Origin: Deinococcales bacterium
Lineage (GTDB): Bacteria > Deinococcota > Deinococci > Deinococcales > JAAFIG01
Direction: 5' to 3'
Assembly: GCA_031414595.1 (NCBI GenBank)
Contig: JANNVX010000088.1
Coordinates: 29,787-93,786 of the forward strand
DNA length: 64,000 nucleotides
In this document: positions 9,830 through 18,975 of the stretch, one piece after another
How positions within the stretch are numbered: the stretch's first letter is position 1
Layout: each line of letters opens with the position of its first letter
The notes under the pieces: model-generated
The model's input: the letters and a program-made list of their open reading frames with translations, nothing else
The model's database searches: none
Told to the model about the DNA's origin: nothing
Translations under genes and position numbers: made by a program

Positions 9830-11381
9830 ATTTTTTCAAAAATCGCTTGGTCAGGCGTTCAACTTCAGGCACTCGAAAAATCACACATAAAAGAATGTAA
9901 ACTGCCCCCCCTATCCCCCCAGCCACCACGCAATGCAGTAAACCATTGACCGCGCCCCTCGAGTACGGCAAGAGGTTTGATACAGTAACCGCCACAAAAT
10001 AAGTCGCTACGGCTGCCGTACCAACCTTTAGGGTATGCCCAACCAATTTTTTCCACGGCAACGTGATTTGTTTGTGCAGCACTGCCACATAAACCCCAAC
10101 CATCAGCCAGCCAGCAATGGCGGTTGCATAATTCATGGTCACAAAACCAAAACGTGCCAGTAACACATACAAACCTGTGTTGAGTAAAAATGCCACAGTC
10201 GAAATAATCACGGCTTCTCGAGTACGTTCCCTTGCATAAAATGCTCTGGTCAAAAGCTGCACCAAGCCCCACGGCGCAATTGCCAAGGCAAAGGTCGGCA
10301 ACAGTGCCACAGTCGGGTTAAACACCAAGTCTGGGATTTTCTTGGTTATCTCGAGCAGCAGACTGGTAATGCTTGGCGAGAGCGCCCATAAAAGCGCCGA
10401 AACACCAGCCGAAAAGAATAGCACCAGTTTTGAGTATTGCATGACTGTATCGCGGAAAAGTTGCCAATTTTGATTGCTGGCATACTCGGATAAACGCGGA
10501 TAAGCGGCGGTAGCAGGGGAGACCGCAAATAAACCTTGCATGGTTAAAAAAATAATTTCGGCATTGCGAAACCCCGTTAAAGTCCCCTCACCAAAACTGG
10601 TCAGCAAACCAATCAAAATAACACTTAGGAATTGGCGGGTACTGGTGGTAAAGGCAAAGGGTGCCATTAACCCGAGGGCTTTGGATAAACCCGAATGCCA
10701 CTTAAAACTTGGCAAACTGAGCAGTCCAGATTTTCGTAAACTCGGTAACTGCACCAATAACTGGGCAAAGCCACCAAAACTGGTAAATAAACCAAGCCAG
10801 AGCGCTTGATTGGGGAACAACACAAACCCTAAAATCGTGACCAAATTAAAAGCTAACGGCGCAAAAGCGGTTGCGCCAAATTTTTCTTCGGCATTTAGTA
10901 AACCCATCACCAGTGCCGATAAGGAAATACCCATTAAAAAAGGCATACACAACCTCGCCAAATAGACAGTTAAATCCTTATCTAGTTGATTATTTTGCGC
11001 TCCAGAAAAAATACTCGAGACCTGTAGTAAATCTACAATTTGCGGTGCAAAAATAATCCCCAAGCCAACAATCAGGGCATTGACCCCCAGCAGTACCCCC
11101 AGTAAACTCGAGGCAAAGGCTTTGCGCTCCGACGGCAAAAGCCGCTTATAGACTGGAATAATGCTGTTAGACAACGCGCCTTCGGCAAGCAGTTCTCTGA
11201 ACAAATTCGGGATGGTACTGGCGACATTATAGGCATCAAGTAACTTGGCATCGAAATTACTATTCAGTAATGCTTGACGCAACAATCCCAATACCCGACT
11301 CGAGAGTGTACCGCTCATTACGGTCAAAATATTGCGGCTCGAGCTTTTGCGAACTGGGGCGATTTCGGTTTCGGTTTCCAC
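9828..11381 (-). CDS. murJ: lipid II flippase MurJ (MviN)
   Basis: 517-aa polytopic protein. N-terminal SRVLGLLRQALLNSNFDA and overall MurJ/MviN architecture. Confidence 0.9.
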   Translation of the reverse strand: METETEIAPVRKSSSRNILTVMSGTLSSRVLGLLRQALLNSNFDAKLLDAYNVASTIPNLFRELLAEGALSNSIIPVYKRLLPSERKAFASSLLGVLLGVNALIVGLGIIFAPQIVDLLQVSSIFSGAQNNQLDKDLTVYLARLCMPFLMGISLSALVMGLLNAEEKFGATAFAPLAFNLVTILGFVLFPNQALWLGLFTSFGGFAQLLVQLPSLRKSGLLSLPSFKWHSGLSKALGLMAPFAFTTSTRQFLSVILIGLLTSFGEGTLTGFRNAEIIFLTMQGLFAVSPATAAYPRLSEYASNQNWQLFRDTVMQYSKLVLFFSAGVSALLWALSPSITSLLLEITKKIPDLVFNPTVALLPTFALAIAPWGLVQLLTRAFYARERTREAVIISTVAFLLNTGLYVLLARFGFVTMNYATAIAGWLMVGVYVAVLHKQITLPWKKLVGHTLKVGTAAVATYFVAVTVSNLLPYSRGAVNGLLHCVVAGGIGGAVYILLCVIFRVPEVERLTKRFLKK

Positions 11382-11420
11382 TAAACGCTAGGTTATCACG
11401 CAGCATGAATCAAATATGAT

Positions 11421-11780
11421 TTAAGAAGCTAAAACTTTTTCGTAATAATCAATTTTATACTCAACGTGTTCAAGATTATGTGTTAAAGCCGCTAAATTTG
11501 CCAGAACCTCGAGCCGATGGGTTTTAAGAATCGCTATCCGCTCTGGGATATTGCTCGAATCTTGCTGTACCAACGTTGCGAACCTTCGCATGGTGCGAAT
11601 CGGCATCCCAGTTTGGCGCAGACAGGTCAGAATACCAATCCATTCAAGGTCAGAACTTGAGTACCGCCGATGACCATTTGAACTGCGACCAACCTGCAAA
11701 AGCCCTTCGCGTTCATAGTAATGCAGGGTGTGAATACTGATTCCAGCTTGGTTGGCAGCGTCGCTAATGGCAAAAGTCAT
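11421..11780 (-). CDS. MerR family transcriptional regulator
   Basis: MTFAISDAANQAGISIHTLHYYEREGLL HTH. Divergent from the aldo/keto reductase gene. Confidence 0.85.
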   Translation of the reverse strand: MTFAISDAANQAGISIHTLHYYEREGLLQVGRSSNGHRRYSSSDLEWIGILTCLRQTGMPIRTMRRFATLVQQDSSNIPERIAILKTHRLEVLANLAALTHNLEHVEYKIDYYEKVLAS

Positions 11781-11822
11781 GCGCTTAGTTTAATTCCTCG
11801 AGTGGGCTATGGGTATAGGGGC

Positions 11823-11853
11823 TTGACCTTGTGTGCGCTTGGGGTTTTAGACT
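11823..11853 (+). promoter_or_regulatory. MerR-type promoter candidate with 19-bp spacer
   Basis: TTGACC (11823-11828), 19 nt spacer, TAGACT (11848-11853). Sits between the merR-family gene and its divergent target. Confidence 0.45.
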
Positions 11854-11859
11854 GCTTTT

Positions 11860-12834
11860 GTGAAAAGAAATCTTGGATGGAGCAGTATCGGTGTTAGTGC
11901 AATTGGTATGGGTTGTTGGGCAATTGGCGGAGAATGGAAATTTGACACTAACCAAGCAGGTTGGGGAAAAGTGGACAATCTCGAGTCTATTAAAGCCATC
12001 GAAGCGGCAGTTGACCTCGGCATCACTTTTTTTGATACTGCCGCAAATTATGGCGCTGGACACAGCGAAGTAATTCTTGGTAAAGCCTTGGGGACAAACC
12101 GAGCCAAAGTGGTCATTGCCACCAAATTTGGTTACGGCATCAATGAAGCCCAAAAAGTCGTCAGTGGGGTGCATTGCAGCCCCGTCGAAATACGAGCCTC
12201 ATGTATGGATAGTCTCAGGCGTTTACAATCCGATTACATAGACCTCTTTCAGTTGCACGTTGGTGACTACCCAGTGATACAAGCTGGTGAGGTACGCGAC
12301 ACCTTGGAGCAACTGGTTTCCGAAGGACTGATTCGCACATATGGTTGGAGTACCGACGACCCAACTCGAGCCAAGGAGTTTGCAGATGGTGCAAATTGTG
12401 TGGCGATTCAGCATCAACAAAATATCTTTGAGGATAACTACCCAATGCTAACTTTTCTCGAGCAGCAAGGTTTATCCAGCATTAACCGAGGTCCGCTTGG
12501 GATGGGAATTCTAACGGGTAAATTTTCTAACGGCGCGACTTTAGAAAGCACTGATATTCGTCATGTTTCACCCGAATGGATGGCGTATTTTAAGAACGGG
12601 CAGCCAAACCCAATTTGGTTAGCCAAGCTCGAGGCAATCCGAGAAATACTCTGTGCCGATGGTCGCAGCCTAACCCAAGGAGCGCTGGGTTGGTTATTGG
12701 CGCGAAGTGATAAAACCATTCCAATACCGGGATTTAGAACTGTTAAACAAGTCGAGGAGAACGCCAAAACTTTAGAACTTGGAGCATTGCGTGTAGAACA
12801 AATGCAAGAAATTGCGGGGCTACTCGCAATGTGA
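11860..12834 (+). CDS. aldo/keto reductase
   Basis: GVSAIGMGCWAIGG, FFDTAANYGAGHSE, and LQSDYIDLFQLH motifs. GTG start. Confidence 0.9.
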   Translation: MKRNLGWSSIGVSAIGMGCWAIGGEWKFDTNQAGWGKVDNLESIKAIEAAVDLGITFFDTAANYGAGHSEVILGKALGTNRAKVVIATKFGYGINEAQKVVSGVHCSPVEIRASCMDSLRRLQSDYIDLFQLHVGDYPVIQAGEVRDTLEQLVSEGLIRTYGWSTDDPTRAKEFADGANCVAIQHQQNIFEDNYPMLTFLEQQGLSSINRGPLGMGILTGKFSNGATLESTDIRHVSPEWMAYFKNGQPNPIWLAKLEAIREILCADGRSLTQGALGWLLARSDKTIPIPGFRTVKQVEENAKTLELGALRVEQMQEIAGLLAM

Positions 12835-12856
12835 CGTGAATAACGACCTACCGAGA

Positions 12857-13396
12857 CTAACTTTTCTTACGGCTCTTCTCGAGCATTCGCAGTAATTCTT
12901 TCCAATCTAATCCCTGCGCCATCTGTTTACCTTGTTCAATCATGGTTTGGCTTAGGGTCTGCTGGCTGTCAAGTGCGGGTAATTCTGGTCGTCGCGCCCG
13001 AAAGTAGCGTTCGGCAACCACGCCCAAGGTGTAGGTGCTGGCGTAAACCAACGGGGCGTTGAGGACTGCGCCAAAAAATGGGATGGCTTTCATGGCACTT
13101 CTCGTGACAAGACGGGTGGCATAATTGAGGGCGACTGTACCAGCCAACTCGAGGGCGATTTCTTTGGCACGTTCACGACCCAGCTTAAAACCATACGCCT
13201 CCCCGATGTCCAAAACCATTTTGATATGAAGCGGCAAAATAATTGCCAAGTCCAAAAAAGGCACTGGCTCGAGCGAAACGCCAGCACACCACAGAGCGCG
13301 TTCTTTAATGATGCGTGTGGTTTCTTCGTGTTCAAGATTGCCATTGGCGACAATAACCGAAGTGACGGCGGGTTGATAAAGCTCGAGTTCATTCAT
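12857..13396 (-). CDS. DUF697-like membrane-associated protein
   Basis: 179 aa. The pattern VPFLDLAIILPLHIKMVLDIGEAYG resembles the YcjF/DUF697 family. Tentative. Confidence 0.45.
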   Translation of the reverse strand: MNELELYQPAVTSVIVANGNLEHEETTRIIKERALWCAGVSLEPVPFLDLAIILPLHIKMVLDIGEAYGFKLGRERAKEIALELAGTVALNYATRLVTRSAMKAIPFFGAVLNAPLVYASTYTLGVVAERYFRARRPELPALDSQQTLSQTMIEQGKQMAQGLDWKELLRMLEKSRKKS

Positions 13397-13444
13397 AAGT
13401 CCTATTACGCGCCTAAAGCCCGATGAGTTTCAAGGGGGTAGTTT

Positions 13445-13789
13445 CTAATCATCTTTATCAATTGTTTCGGCTTGGACTGCCCCAGCTTGAATTAACATGG
13501 CAATCGCAATCATGCTTAGACCCGCCACTGCCAAGGCTGGAAAAGGGCTGCCTTGAATCATCTGAATCATAAAAAACATCGCCAGAATACCACTGACCGC
13601 AAAACCAAGCGGACGCGCCCATTTTTTTTGGTGCTGCATTCCCCACCCAGAGAGTGCCGCCAAGCTACCAAAAATTCCACCAACCACCAACGAAATCAGG
13701 CTGTTTGCCGTGACCGCACCAATAAAGCCAGCAATTAAAACCACTGTGCCGTAAAGCATCATGTATCTCGAGGGGGTCATTTTTTTCAT
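13445..13789 (-). CDS. small four-helix membrane protein (TMEM14-like)
   Basis: 114 aa with four hydrophobic, Gly-rich segments. Confidence 0.45.
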   Translation of the reverse strand: MKKMTPSRYMMLYGTVVLIAGFIGAVTANSLISLVVGGIFGSLAALSGWGMQHQKKWARPLGFAVSGILAMFFMIQMIQGSPFPALAVAGLSMIAIAMLIQAGAVQAETIDKDD

Positions 13790-15030
13790 GGCAACTCGAG
13801 TTGTTTTTGTGAGGCTTCTAAAATCGGGTCTGAGCCTTTGTTCAGGGCTTGCAGGTCATCTTTAACAAGAACATCTGGAGTTAGCTTCTCGAGTAGAGGT
13901 TCTTCACTGATGTACAAATGCCGAATTACTGCTAATCGCAACTCGCTGCCTTCGCTTAAACGAAGCGGCAAGGTTGCATACTTGGAGCGCCCAGCACTGT
14001 TTTCGCCAATAAATTTGGTGTACGATACCCGTTGCCAAGCCAAGCCCATCACTTCCGCCGCGCTCGAGGTTTGGGCATTGATCAGAACCGCTATTTTGCC
14101 AGTAAAAACACTTGGAAACTCGAGTGAAACTTTAGTGGTACTGCCAATCGCTTCCAGGACACCATTTTTTAGAGTATAGGTCAGAATTCCCAGTCTCGAG
14201 CGCATTTTTAGGACTTCACCTTGAAAAAAGGCACTTAGGGTCAGCAGGGTTTCATCCAAGTAGCCACCTGTATTAAAACGCAAATCCAGCACCAACTTGT
14301 TTGCACCCCTTGTCACCAAATTACTGAGCAGGTTATGGACTTTTTGGGCTGTGCCAATTGCCTTAAAACTTGGAATCCGAATATACGCCACGCCATTCTC
14401 GAGTAAACGCCCTTCTGGACTGAGTAAACCCATCAATAAGCCCGAAGCTGGAATAACCGTTAAATCAAAGGTTTGACCAGCCCGTGTGATTTTAAGAACC
14501 ACTGGCATAGCATCTGGAAAAGAATTTTGTGTTATTGCCCAAGGCGCACCTGCTCGGGTCATGCCGATTATTTTATCGCCTCGTTTTACACCCATATCTG
14601 CTGCACTCGAGCCAGCCAGAACGCGGTAAACAATGTTTTCACGCAATTCGATTCCCAAAGCAAAACGCAGGTCAAGGTTGGCATCGCCCATTTGCTCGAG
14701 TCTTATTCGTTCAAGGTCTGGTGAGGCGATAAAACTCGAGGAAGAATCTAAACTCTGGGTGATACGTTTTAAGTCATCATAAATTTTACCGGCTGCACAA
14801 CCAGAGTCCGAGCCGCAACGCAACACCAGCGCGGTTTGAGTACGGGTTTTGACAGCATTCAAATCCAGCGTATCGGCATCCACATGGTATTCGCTAATAA
14901 ACTCAACGTATTGCTTGACCAAATCACTGGCGGGTGAAGCAAGGGCTTGGGAAAACAAGCAAAAAAGTAACATAGTCAAAACTCGAATCATGATGCTCTG
15001 TATTGTGACGCAAAATTGCTTGGGACTCAA
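13786..15030 (-). CDS. S41 family peptidase (C-terminal processing peptidase-like)
   Basis: PDZ-like GVKRGDKIIGM segment, LDLRFNTGGY and INAQTSSAAEV (catalytic Ser region). The start may be the Met at 14991 (signal peptide MIRVLTMLLFCLFSQALA). Confidence 0.7.
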   Translation of the reverse strand: MSPKQFCVTIQSIMIRVLTMLLFCLFSQALASPASDLVKQYVEFISEYHVDADTLDLNAVKTRTQTALVLRCGSDSGCAAGKIYDDLKRITQSLDSSSSFIASPDLERIRLEQMGDANLDLRFALGIELRENIVYRVLAGSSAADMGVKRGDKIIGMTRAGAPWAITQNSFPDAMPVVLKITRAGQTFDLTVIPASGLLMGLLSPEGRLLENGVAYIRIPSFKAIGTAQKVHNLLSNLVTRGANKLVLDLRFNTGGYLDETLLTLSAFFQGEVLKMRSRLGILTYTLKNGVLEAIGSTTKVSLEFPSVFTGKIAVLINAQTSSAAEVMGLAWQRVSYTKFIGENSAGRSKYATLPLRLSEGSELRLAVIRHLYISEEPLLEKLTPDVLVKDDLQALNKGSDPILEASQKQLELP

Positions 15031-15047
15031 GGGGGTAGATTGACATT

Positions 15048-15746
15048 ATGATTCTCGAGAACACAAAAACACTGCTGCGTTTAGGATTAAGTGTATTGGT
15101 TCAACCCAAAATCCAAGTCTTAAACGCACCAAATCGTGAAATCAGTTCGCAAATGGCTTTGGGGTTGGCTCGAGAAGAAGATTTTGGGCAGCTTGAAACT
15201 GCGCTTTTTACCGTTCCAGAAAACGAATTTGAGGCTCGAGCCTTTTGGATAAACTTGTACAACACCCTGACTTTACACGCCATACAGGTTGCACAAATCA
15301 AAACCGAAATTCTCGAGGTGCTGGGGTTTTATAATCGTTTTGCGTACCAAGTTGGGGAATATATTTTTACACTAAACGAGATTGAACATGGGGTACTGCG
15401 CGGAAACAAAGCTGTTTTGGTCAGTAAGCCATTCTTGCCCCAAGACCCTCGAGCCAAATTTGTTTTACCAATTGAGCCGCGAATTCATTTTGCCTTAAAT
15501 TGTGGAGCGCTTTCTTGTCCTCCGATTCAAGCCTATACCGCCAATGCGCTTGAGCAGCAACTCGAGCTTGCCACGCACAGTTATCTTGGGGATTGTAAAC
15601 AAGTTGGGGACGTGGTTTGGTTGCCGCGATTATTTTCGTATTATCCAAATGATTTTGGGCAAGTTTTGGAATTTGTGCGCCGTTACTGCCCAGAATTACC
15701 AGCCAAAGCTCGAGTCAAATTCTTGCCGTACAATTGGAAGCGATAA
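15048..15746 (+). CDS. DUF547 domain protein
   Basis: FWINLYNTLTLHAI and HFALNCGALSCPP motifs are characteristic of DUF547. Confidence 0.7.
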   Translation: MILENTKTLLRLGLSVLVQPKIQVLNAPNREISSQMALGLAREEDFGQLETALFTVPENEFEARAFWINLYNTLTLHAIQVAQIKTEILEVLGFYNRFAYQVGEYIFTLNEIEHGVLRGNKAVLVSKPFLPQDPRAKFVLPIEPRIHFALNCGALSCPPIQAYTANALEQQLELATHSYLGDCKQVGDVVWLPRLFSYYPNDFGQVLEFVRRYCPELPAKARVKFLPYNWKR

Positions 15747-15790
15747 TTTGTCACAAAAATGCCATCTGAACTTTCACAAAAGAGAGTAGA

Positions 15791-16531
15791 TTGATGGTTG
15801 CCGTGAAAGCCATCCTAGAAACCGTTTCGCATGACAAATGCTTTGTCGTTGACGACCTCAGAGCCGCTAATTTCTTGACCGACCCGCGAACCAGCATTTT
15901 GATTGAACCGTTTGTCGAACAAGAAAGCACGATTACTGGCGCAGCCGAACGGGTGGGAGTCTCGAGTTTACGGATGTTTAGAGCCGTGCAACGTATGGAA
16001 GAACTGGGGTTAATCCGCGTTGCCAAAGCCACACCGCGCCGTGGCAGACCGCAAAAGCATTACCGCGCTGTGGCAGACCGCTTCTTTGTGCCTTATAACA
16101 CCATCGGGTCTGACACCTTAGAAGATTTTTTACTCGAGCAAGACGACCGAGTACGCCGCGTTTTATTCAGGTGCTTATCTCTGCATATGCAGGAAATTCT
16201 AGGCGATGAATCTCAACCCGGACGGGTGATTCGCCGCAGTGCTGGGACACTCGAGCAAATCGGGCGGATGGAAGCCTATTCGGTCGCCAATCTGCACGAA
16301 GCCAATTGTGAAAAACCCACACCGTTATTATCGAGCGAACACAGCCTAGGTTGGAGCGACTACGCTGCCCTGACCTTAGACCGAGAATCTGCCCTCGAGT
16401 TACGCCGCGAACTGACAGCGCTTTTTTCTAAGTACAGTAAGCCCCGTGGAAAACAGCAATTTTTGTTTCGCAGTGCGCTTGCACCGGTGCGCGAATCGCT
16501 GGCGGATTTACTCGATAAACCTAAACGGTAA
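15791..16531 (+). CDS. winged-helix (ArsR/MarR-like) DNA-binding protein
   Basis: N-terminal ILIEPFVEQESTITGAAERVGVSSLRMFRAVQRMEELGLIRV resembles a wHTH. The remainder is unassigned. Confidence 0.5.
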   Translation: MMVAVKAILETVSHDKCFVVDDLRAANFLTDPRTSILIEPFVEQESTITGAAERVGVSSLRMFRAVQRMEELGLIRVAKATPRRGRPQKHYRAVADRFFVPYNTIGSDTLEDFLLEQDDRVRRVLFRCLSLHMQEILGDESQPGRVIRRSAGTLEQIGRMEAYSVANLHEANCEKPTPLLSSEHSLGWSDYAALTLDRESALELRRELTALFSKYSKPRGKQQFLFRSALAPVRESLADLLDKPKR

Positions 16532-16540
16532 ATTTGTCAC

Positions 16541-16903
16541 TAGAGCCTCCGAAAGGTCTGAAATTCTTAGAAATTTTCGTCAAACACCTAAATAGAAAAA
16601 CAGGGCGAACACGGGGGTTCGCCCCTACCTCACGCGTTTTTCATGCCATGGTTGTAGGGACAGGCGACCATGCCCGTCAGGTGCGCGTTTATGGTCAAGA
16701 CACCCCTGTGTCTGTCCTGTAACCAACTAAAAGTGGCGAACCGTTTGACCCGAATTGGGCAGTAAAACACAAAGGGGTAGCTGTCGGGACTTGACAAATC
16801 AATACAGTTGCTACCTCACGCATTGTTATGCCATGGTTGTAGGGACAGACCCCTGTGTCTGTCCTGTAACCAACGATGAAATGGCATTCTTTCGGAGGCT
16901 CTA
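16541..16903. mobile_element. MITE-like non-autonomous element (363 bp)
   Basis: 15-bp terminal inverted repeats TAGAGCCTCCGAAAG (16541-16555) / CTTTCGGAGGCTCTA (16889-16903). Flanked by a direct ATTTGTCAC (16532-16540 and 16904-16912). Carries two internal copies of a ~65-bp hairpin module. Confidence 0.6.
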
Positions 16904-16995
16904 ATTTGTCACCTCGAGTACGTCTTCCTAATAATTATAGGAGTAAACTGTTGGGGTTGACGCTTCAAGCGTCTTGAATTTCGGAGGACACTGAA

Positions 16996-17361
16996 ATGGG
17001 AAAATATATTAACTTAACCGATGCAGACTTTGACAATCAAATCTCTAAGGGTTTAACGCTGGTGGATTTCTGGGCAGAATGGTGTCCGCCGTGTCGTGCG
17101 GTTGCCCCAACCATCGAAAAACTTGGTGATGAGTACGACGGGCAAGTAACTGTGGCAAAAGTAGATGTGGATGCCAACCAACAAACCGCCATGAAATTTC
17201 GGGTTATGAGCATTCCAACTGTGATTCTGTTTAAGGACGGCGAACCTGTTGAACTGATGGTTGGAGCAGATATGAGCGGCAATAAGTACCGTGCGATGAT
17301 TGCCAAGCACAACACCAGCACTGTCTCGGTCGGCGAAAAAGTCTTGCAACCAACGGCATAA
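16996..17361 (+). CDS. trxA: thioredoxin
   Basis: DFWAEWCPPCRAVAP active-site region (CPPC instead of the canonical CGPC), MSIPTVILFKDGE. 121 aa. Confidence 0.9.
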   Translation: MGKYINLTDADFDNQISKGLTLVDFWAEWCPPCRAVAPTIEKLGDEYDGQVTVAKVDVDANQQTAMKFRVMSIPTVILFKDGEPVELMVGADMSGNKYRAMIAKHNTSTVSVGEKVLQPTA

Positions 17362-17377
17362 ATTTTTTAGGTAGAAA

Positions 17378-17405
17378 CTGCCCTTAAAGCGAGGGCAGTT
17401 TTTTT
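17378..17405 (+). terminator. rho-independent terminator
   Basis: CTGCCCT-taaagcg-AGGGCAG followed by TTTTTTT. Confidence 0.7.
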
Positions 17406-18297
17406 ATAGCGCATCTCGAGCCAACTGCCGAATGTAGAACGCCTCGAGTGAACGCCTCGCATTTGCATTAGCTCGAGCATTCACCAGCAGCACAGCCATT
17501 CCAAACGGACGGGTTGAAATAAATGCCTGCTCGAGTTTTTCAAGTGGCACAGATTCTGCCCAAGGCTCGAGGTACGCCCTGATAAACAATGGCTCAAGTT
17601 CTCGGGTGTTAGAAAATGGACTCCAGTGGTGTGGTTTGGAATTGCCCATAATCCAGTGCAGGAAACGCTCGAGGTCAACGAAAGGATGGGTGATGAGGGC
17701 ATCCGACCAATCAATGATGGTACTGGGTGCAATCACATTCATCGGGTGAAAATCGCCATGCGCCAGCGCAAGAGGCAGTAAGTCAAGTCCCTCGAGTCGA
17801 ATCTTATTTAAGTTCTGCAAGGCTTGAAACGCGTTTTCGTCGGTGCTGGATTCAAGAATAGCCTTGGCTTTTATAACCGCTTTACTTGGCTCGAGAATTT
17901 CACAACCAGCCTCGAGAATAACTTGGTGCTGGGTTAAAGTACAAATCTGCAATTCGGACATGGCACGTAAAGCCATAAGCCAATCTTTGAGGTTTGAATC
18001 ACGTATCAAATGAGTTTCGCCAGCGCTTTTGGTCAGCAACCAACCCAAATTTGGTTCAGTCGCCAGCACCATTGGTGTATGGCTCGAGAATTGTTGCAGC
18101 CGAAGTGTGATTTTTATTTCTCGAGTCAGCACGGGTGGCACTGCCTTAAAATGCAGTTTTTGACCCTCGAGAAAGGTAATGCCCCAAAAGGCACTTGCTC
18201 CAGAATGCACCGTCTCGAGTTTACCGATTTTTGGGAACTGAGTCTCGAGCCAAGTTTGTGCAGACTCAAGCCAATCGGGTTCTAACCATGGATTCAT
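17404..18297 (-). CDS. aminoglycoside-phosphotransferase-fold kinase (APH/choline-kinase family)
   Basis: HGDFHPMNV catalytic loop and IDWSDALITHPFVDLERF motif. Confidence 0.75.
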   Translation of the reverse strand: MNPWLEPDWLESAQTWLETQFPKIGKLETVHSGASAFWGITFLEGQKLHFKAVPPVLTREIKITLRLQQFSSHTPMVLATEPNLGWLLTKSAGETHLIRDSNLKDWLMALRAMSELQICTLTQHQVILEAGCEILEPSKAVIKAKAILESSTDENAFQALQNLNKIRLEGLDLLPLALAHGDFHPMNVIAPSTIIDWSDALITHPFVDLERFLHWIMGNSKPHHWSPFSNTRELEPLFIRAYLEPWAESVPLEKLEQAFISTRPFGMAVLLVNARANANARRSLEAFYIRQLARDAL

Positions 18298-18962
18298 GCT
18301 GGACGGTTCACAATAACTTCTTTAAGTACACTATCGCGTGGCATTTCGAGCATATGGCGGATGGTTTTTGCCAAGGTTTGGGGGTGAATGTATTTTTCGG
18401 GTTCATACAAAGCCTGTTCTTGCGCTCGAACGTGTTGCTGCATTTGCGTCGCAGTCCGTCCGGGATACACCGTTTGTACTCGCAAAGTGGGTTCTTCGGC
18501 TGTTAAAGCATCGGCAAAAGCACGCAGGGCAAACTTACTGGCAGCATAAGCACTCCAATTGGCATTGGCGGAAAGTCCTGCCCCAGAATTTACAAACAAC
18601 ACTTGTCCACTCGAAACTCGAAGGCGAGGTAAACAAACTTTGGTCAGTTCAACGGCTGATAATAAATTGACCTCGAGCATTTCGCGCCACTGCACAAGCG
18701 GCATATGTTCAACACTGCCCAGATTGGCAACGCCAGCATTATGCACAAGATTATCAATTTCTGGGATGCTTTTAAGTTGCTCGGCAAAAACCTCTGGTTG
18801 TTGTAAATCTAGAGTTAAACTCAAAGCATCTGGTAAAGACTGACGCAAGGCTTTAAGTTTTTGAGCGTCGCGCCCAAGCAAAATTAGGTGGTGATGCCCA
18901 AGTTCTTGAGCCAATGCTTCCCCGATTCCTCCTGTTGCCCCAGTAATTAAAGTTGTTGGCAT
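18294..18962 (-). CDS. short-chain dehydrogenase/reductase
   Basis: TLITGATGGIGEALA cofactor motif, NAG, YAASKFAL catalytic YxxxK. Met at 18962 avoids overlap with the upstream gene. Confidence 0.85.
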   Translation of the reverse strand: MPTTLITGATGGIGEALAQELGHHHLILLGRDAQKLKALRQSLPDALSLTLDLQQPEVFAEQLKSIPEIDNLVHNAGVANLGSVEHMPLVQWREMLEVNLLSAVELTKVCLPRLRVSSGQVLFVNSGAGLSANANWSAYAASKFALRAFADALTAEEPTLRVQTVYPGRTATQMQQHVRAQEQALYEPEKYIHPQTLAKTIRHMLEMPRDSVLKEVIVNRPA

Positions 18963-18975
18963 GGCTCGGAGTGTA

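Noticed and set aside
16534-16722. 62-aa ORF in the ORF track between the wHTH gene and trxA
   Set aside because: It lies entirely inside the MITE-like element, runs through its hairpin modules and has no RBS. It is more likely non-coding.
16541-16903. Possible CRISPR array (also considered for 44203-44265)
   Set aside because: The MITE-internal repeats occur only twice, with no regular spacer pattern. The heptamer array has no spacers at all. No cas genes are present.
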